Shown in pieces: positions 60,337 through 64,000 of a DNA stretch of 64,000 bases. Position 1 is the stretch's first letter, and each line of letters opens with the position of its first letter. The DNA lies in the IMG/VR virus record IMGVR_UViG_3300020419_000014, positions 2,193-66,192 of that record; one strand, written 5' to 3'. Source of the DNA: a virus. Lineage: Duplodnaviria; Caudoviricetes. The position numbers and the translations under genes are program-made. The notes beneath the pieces are model-generated. The model was given only the letters and a program-made list of their open reading frames with translations, made no database searches and was not told where the DNA came from.

Positions 60337-60921
60337 GTGAGTGATTTTTATGACATAAGTGCAAAGATGAAACAATTATTTCCGTCTAATCCAGCCGCAG
60401 ATTTAGCAGCACTACAAGAAATGGCCGGCGCTCCAGTAAAAGAAGATATTAAAGTAGATCAGATTAACGAAAGTGCATCTGTTAAAAAAGGTAGCTTACC
60501 AATAGATTTAGATTTAGAAAGTTTTGCAAAACTAGCAGGACTAAATGAAAAACAAAAAGATGCTGATCAAGTAAGAGGATCAGAACCAGCACCAAGCATG
60601 TCTAAACCAGGTGGTAATGAAACACCACATCCTATGAAGGATAGACTTGTAGGTGATAGCACTGAGAATGACGAAGATGCCGTAGAAGCTATTGTAATTC
60701 CATCATCAGATCCTAGTAAACCTTTTGATCAATTAAAAATACAACTAGCTAAAGGTATGGAACTTGTAGAAGAAGGTTCGAAATTAATAGAAGAAGCACA
60801 AACCAAAATGCAAGAGATTGCAAGTGATATGATGTCCAAAATGCCAACAGAGCATGTTGGTGAATCTACAAAAAATTCAATCAAAGAAGAACTACTAGCA
60901 AAACTTAAAGCGAGTAAGTGA
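60337..60921 (+). CDS. putative head/core protein with KLAG motif
   Basis: AGGAG SD, GTG start; FAKLAGLNE; HP...RLVG. Confidence 0.75.
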   Translation: MSDFYDISAKMKQLFPSNPAADLAALQEMAGAPVKEDIKVDQINESASVKKGSLPIDLDLESFAKLAGLNEKQKDADQVRGSEPAPSMSKPGGNETPHPMKDRLVGDSTENDEDAVEAIVIPSSDPSKPFDQLKIQLAKGMELVEEGSKLIEEAQTKMQEIASDMMSKMPTEHVGESTKNSIKEELLAKLKASK

Positions 60922-62348
60922 TGCGAGTACTTGAGGTATTAAAGGAAGAAGATAAACCTTTAAGACTTATCAATCCTGATGAGTTAGATATTGTAAATCC
61001 AGACGAAAAACAATTAAAGATTAATAATCCAGAAATTAAAAAAGCCTCTGCACAAGGATATAATGATACTTTTATAAAAAAAGCAAAACGTTTTGGTATG
61101 TCAGATGACGATATCAAAAAGTTACAGAAAAAATCGACAGCTAAACATGCAGACGGAACACAGAAAAAATGGACTGACCAGTTTAGTACTGCTTCTTGGT
61201 ATTTAATTTTTTATGTATCTAATTATCAAAGGTTTAGAAAACTTACAGAAAGTGATATAAAATATTTCTTAGAAGATTATCACCAATCACTTGTAGAAAG
61301 AACAACATTTAAAACTCCTATGGCTGCTTGGATTATGACCGCTTCTACTGTAGCAAACCTTTTTACAACAAGTCAAAAACCAGAAGGTATTATCAAAGAG
61401 TTAAAAGGTAGAGTACAAAATACATTTGGTATTACTATAGGACCTAGATGGGTGCCTAGCAAACGAGATCAACCAAATCCAAACCATAGAAGTGACTACG
61501 AAAAATTTTTACAGGCTTATGGAGCAAAAGCACTAGCTCCAGGAATTCAAACTATTGCTGAGCCAATTAAGGCTGGAGATATTAAAAAAGATGAAGAATA
61601 TGTGATTATTAATCCTGGAGATACCGACTTTACTAAAATCGGTGCTGAAAACAACTTTAAAGATACTGTTTTTATAGCAACTGGTCCAGGTGAGGGAACA
61701 GGTACTGTTAGACCTACAGCACAATCTAGTGTCTCTACTACTGTGCAGAAAGATCAAACAAAACCATTAACTACATCTGAAGCAAATGCTATTGCACAAC
61801 AGTTGTACAATTCAATAAATGCTTTGAGCAATCCATTTACTGACTCCGACGATGACAAAACTTTAGGAATCTTAAGGCGTGAGATAAAAACTGCAGACGC
61901 ATGGGAGAAAGTAGAAAAAGCATGGGAGAAAGTATATCCTGGTGAAGACCCGTTAGGTGAGGAAATACTAAGAGACTTTAGCGGTAGAAATGATAAAAAA
62001 TTTAATAATTGGTTAGCTGGTCTCGACCCTAGTCTTGCTTTTGACCAAAAGGCTTTATCTACATATACTAATAAAGAAGATAACCAAATTCTTCCTCCGA
62101 AAGCTATAAAAGATGCAGTTAATGAATTCAATGATAAATTTCTCCAAAAAGAACCAAAGTATGAAAAATTTGTAAATAAAAAGCAAGGATTAAAAATTTG
62201 GAATGCCTGGCAAAGAATCTTACTAAAAGACCTCAAAAGAGAATCACAAAAGTCCAAACCTCCAGGACTATCTGTTAAAAAGTTCAAACAAATTTGGTTG
62301 AGAGTAACCAAACAATTCAAATCTCAAGCTGACAATTTAATTAAATAG
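60918..62348 (+). CDS. putative internal head protein with annexin-like repeat
   Basis: N-terminus MRVLEVLKEE; IAQQLYNSI....TDSDDDK. Confidence 0.7.
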   Translation: MMRVLEVLKEEDKPLRLINPDELDIVNPDEKQLKINNPEIKKASAQGYNDTFIKKAKRFGMSDDDIKKLQKKSTAKHADGTQKKWTDQFSTASWYLIFYVSNYQRFRKLTESDIKYFLEDYHQSLVERTTFKTPMAAWIMTASTVANLFTTSQKPEGIIKELKGRVQNTFGITIGPRWVPSKRDQPNPNHRSDYEKFLQAYGAKALAPGIQTIAEPIKAGDIKKDEEYVIINPGDTDFTKIGAENNFKDTVFIATGPGEGTGTVRPTAQSSVSTTVQKDQTKPLTTSEANAIAQQLYNSINALSNPFTDSDDDKTLGILRREIKTADAWEKVEKAWEKVYPGEDPLGEEILRDFSGRNDKKFNNWLAGLDPSLAFDQKALSTYTNKEDNQILPPKAIKDAVNEFNDKFLQKEPKYEKFVNKKQGLKIWNAWQRILLKDLKRESQKSKPPGLSVKKFKQIWLRVTKQFKSQADNLIK

Positions 62349-62368
62349 TCAATTCCCAAACAAAACAC

Positions 62369-62397
62369 TTGACTTTCTGTTAAGTATCTAGTATAAT
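62369..62397 (+). promoter_or_regulatory. sigma70-type promoter
   Basis: TTGACT(62369-62374)-N17-TATAAT(62392-62397). Confidence 0.85.
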
Positions 62398-62427
62398 ATA
62401 ACTTAATTATTAACTAAGGAGACTCCT

Positions 62428-62688
62428 ATGAGCGACCGTACCTACGGTGTAGAAGAAAAACAAAAGCTAGAACGCCTCGTCAACGAAGGTGTAACAGTAC
62501 TTCAAGAAATTGAAGATTTAAACGAAGGACTCAAAGATACTGTAAAAGCAGTAGCTGAAGAGTTAAATATTAAGCCAACTTTAATTAATAAAGCTATTAA
62601 AATTGCACAAAAAGGTGATTGGGCAGCACATGCTGATGCATTTGATGACCTTGAAACACTTGTTGTTACTGTTGGTAAGGACAAGTAA
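62428..62688 (+). CDS. small dsDNA-binding protein (T4 DsbA/GapR-like)
   Basis: Helical EIEDL...LKD.VK.VAEEL.IKP..INK.IK pattern. Confidence 0.65.
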   Translation: MSDRTYGVEEKQKLERLVNEGVTVLQEIEDLNEGLKDTVKAVAEELNIKPTLINKAIKIAQKGDWAAHADAFDDLETLVVTVGKDK

Positions 62689-62690
62689 GT

Positions 62691-62969
62691 TTGGAAAGAA
62701 TTGTTCGATTTTTTAAGGAGAGCCATCGCCTAAGTCCGACAGCATTTTATTGTGAAATGGCTGAAGCTCTTTTTTTAATTTCTGCAAGTGCAATCTTAAC
62801 TTTTACTGTACTAAATCCTGCAACTAAAATTTTTATTCCAATGTATTTTATTGGATCTATTTTAGGTGTTATTAGTGCAGTTATTAGGCAAGCCGCATTT
62901 GTTATTGTATTATGTTCCTGGTTCACACTAATGAATGCTATTGCATTAGTAAAATTATTTATAGGATAA
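62691..62969 (+). CDS. small membrane protein (3 TM)
   Basis: Hydrophobic; TTG start. Confidence 0.65.
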   Translation: MERIVRFFKESHRLSPTAFYCEMAEALFLISASAILTFTVLNPATKIFIPMYFIGSILGVISAVIRQAAFVIVLCSWFTLMNAIALVKLFIG

Positions 62970-62972
62970 GTT

Positions 62973-64000
62973 ATGAGTTATGTAGACGCAATTTTTGATC
63001 GTGATGCTGATATAATTAAAACAGTTGAACGCAAAGACGGCAAAAGAAAGTTTCATGAGTATCCTGTAAAATATACATTTTACTATGAAGATCCTAGAGG
63101 CAAATACAAAAGTGTTTATGGCGATCCGTTAACTAGGATTGTTAGCAAAAGCACAAAAGAATTCCGTAAAGAAGTTGCTATTAATAATTCTAAGAAATTA
63201 TTCGAAAGCGATATTAATCCTATATTCCAATGTTTAAGTGAAAATTATCTTAATCAAGATGCTCCTAAACTAAACATTGCATTTTTTGATATTGAGACTG
63301 ACTTTGATCCAGAAAGAGGATTTGCTGATCCAAGTGATCCATTTATGCCAATGACAAGTATTAGTGTATACTTACAATGGATGGAAACTATGGTATGTTT
63401 AGCAGTTCCGCCTAAAACACTTACTATGGATCAAGCAAAGAAAACACTAGAAGGCATTGACAACGTAATGTTGTTTGAAAAAGAAAGTGAAATGATTGAC
63501 ACTTTCTTAACACTAATTGAAGATGCAGATATCTTGTCAGGCTGGAACAGTGAAGGATATGATATTCCTTACATTGTAAATAGAACAAGCCGTGTGCTCA
63601 GCAAAGACGATACAAGACGTTTTTGTTTGTGGGGACAACTTCCTAAAAAACGTGAATTTGAAAAGTTTGGGAAAACAGCTGAAACCTATGACCTAGTAGG
63701 CAGAGTGCATTTAGATAGTTTGAATTTATATCGTAAATACACATATGAAGAACGACACACATATAGACTTGATGCAATTGGCGAAATTGAAGTTGGAGAA
63801 AATAAAGTTCCTTATGAAGGCACTTTGGATCAACTGTACAACAATGACTTTAGAAAGTTCATTGAATACAACATACAAGATACCGCACTACTGGACAAGC
63901 TGGACAAAAAACTAAGATTTATTGATCTTAGTAACGAACTTGCTCATGCAAATACTGTTTTGCTACAGACCACTATGGGTGCTGTCGCAGTTACAGAACA
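62973..64000 (+). CDS. polB: family B DNA polymerase (gp43-like), N-terminal exonuclease part, 3'-truncated by the window
   Basis: MSYVDA..., ExoI FFDIETD, ExoII SGWNSEGYDIPY, YRLDAIG, ExoIII YNIQD; frame open to the end of the window. Confidence 0.93.
   Translation, partial: MSYVDAIFDRDADIIKTVERKDGKRKFHEYPVKYTFYYEDPRGKYKSVYGDPLTRIVSKSTKEFRKEVAINNSKKLFESDINPIFQCLSENYLNQDAPKLNIAFFDIETDFDPERGFADPSDPFMPMTSISVYLQWMETMVCLAVPPKTLTMDQAKKTLEGIDNVMLFEKESEMIDTFLTLIEDADILSGWNSEGYDIPYIVNRTSRVLSKDDTRRFCLWGQLPKKREFEKFGKTAETYDLVGRVHLDSLNLYRKYTYEERHTYRLDAIGEIEVGENKVPYEGTLDQLYNNDFRKFIEYNIQDTALLDKLDKKLRFIDLSNELAHANTVLLQTTMGAVAVTE

Noticed and set aside
11731-62726. Many minus-strand ORFs in the track (e.g. 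18970-19437, 57245-57829, 61754-62320)
   Set aside because: They are antisense shadows of well-supported plus-strand genes, with no SD, promoter or motif. Only phoH and the zinc-ribbon gene are supported on the minus strand.
1-64000. Stop-codon reassignment as in some large phages
   Set aside because: Conserved genes are intact under the standard code, and TAA, TAG and TGA all end genes at sensible places.
1-64000. tRNA/rRNA genes, introns, inteins, homing endonucleases, reverse transcriptase/DGR
   Set aside because: Intergenic gaps are short and explained by promoters. No cloverleaf, Hint, LAGLIDADG/HNH or RT motifs were recognised by eye; tRNAscan/Infernal were not run.

Overview
This AT-rich, gene-dense window comes from a large T4-like (Tevenvirinae/Kyanoviridae-style) myophage, almost all on the + strand. 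The host is Gram-negative, judged from the two-component spanins and KdsA, and probably a marine alphaproteobacterium, judged from the FdxA and CCA-enzyme types. The window holds DNA metabolism genes (ligase, clamp loader, ThyX, MazG-like, exonuclease, UV endonuclease, a DnaE fragment and the 5' part of a family B polymerase). It also holds auxiliary metabolic genes (QueD, KdsA, glycosyltransferases, IscA/HesB, FdxA, PhoH, 2OG oxygenases, radical SAM), a baseplate/fibre block (11-30.6 kb), a full lysis cassette and chaperones (GroES, DnaJ, ClpA). Two promoter classes are visible: sigma70-type TTGACN-N16/18-TATAAT and T4-late-type TAAATA. Several promoters sit a fixed 5-6 nt before an ATG, suggesting leaderless mRNAs. 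The strongest candidate for an undescribed system is the late locus at about 49.4-62.3 kb. Its translationally coupled proteins begin with a T4 capsid-targeting-like sequence (e.g. MRFSEIIAE), and unrelated domains are separated by (I/L/V)xE prohead-protease-like sites. The central 1216-aa polyprotein strings together a zincin peptidase, a HAD nucleotidase, two ParB/Srx-like domains and an animal-type CCA-adding enzyme, with a sigma70 promoter hidden in one linker. The locus also encodes annexin-like repeats and an unannotated 19-aa metallothionein-like peptide. No tRNA, rRNA, CRISPR array or mobile element was recognised. All calls come from motif reading by eye, without database searches.
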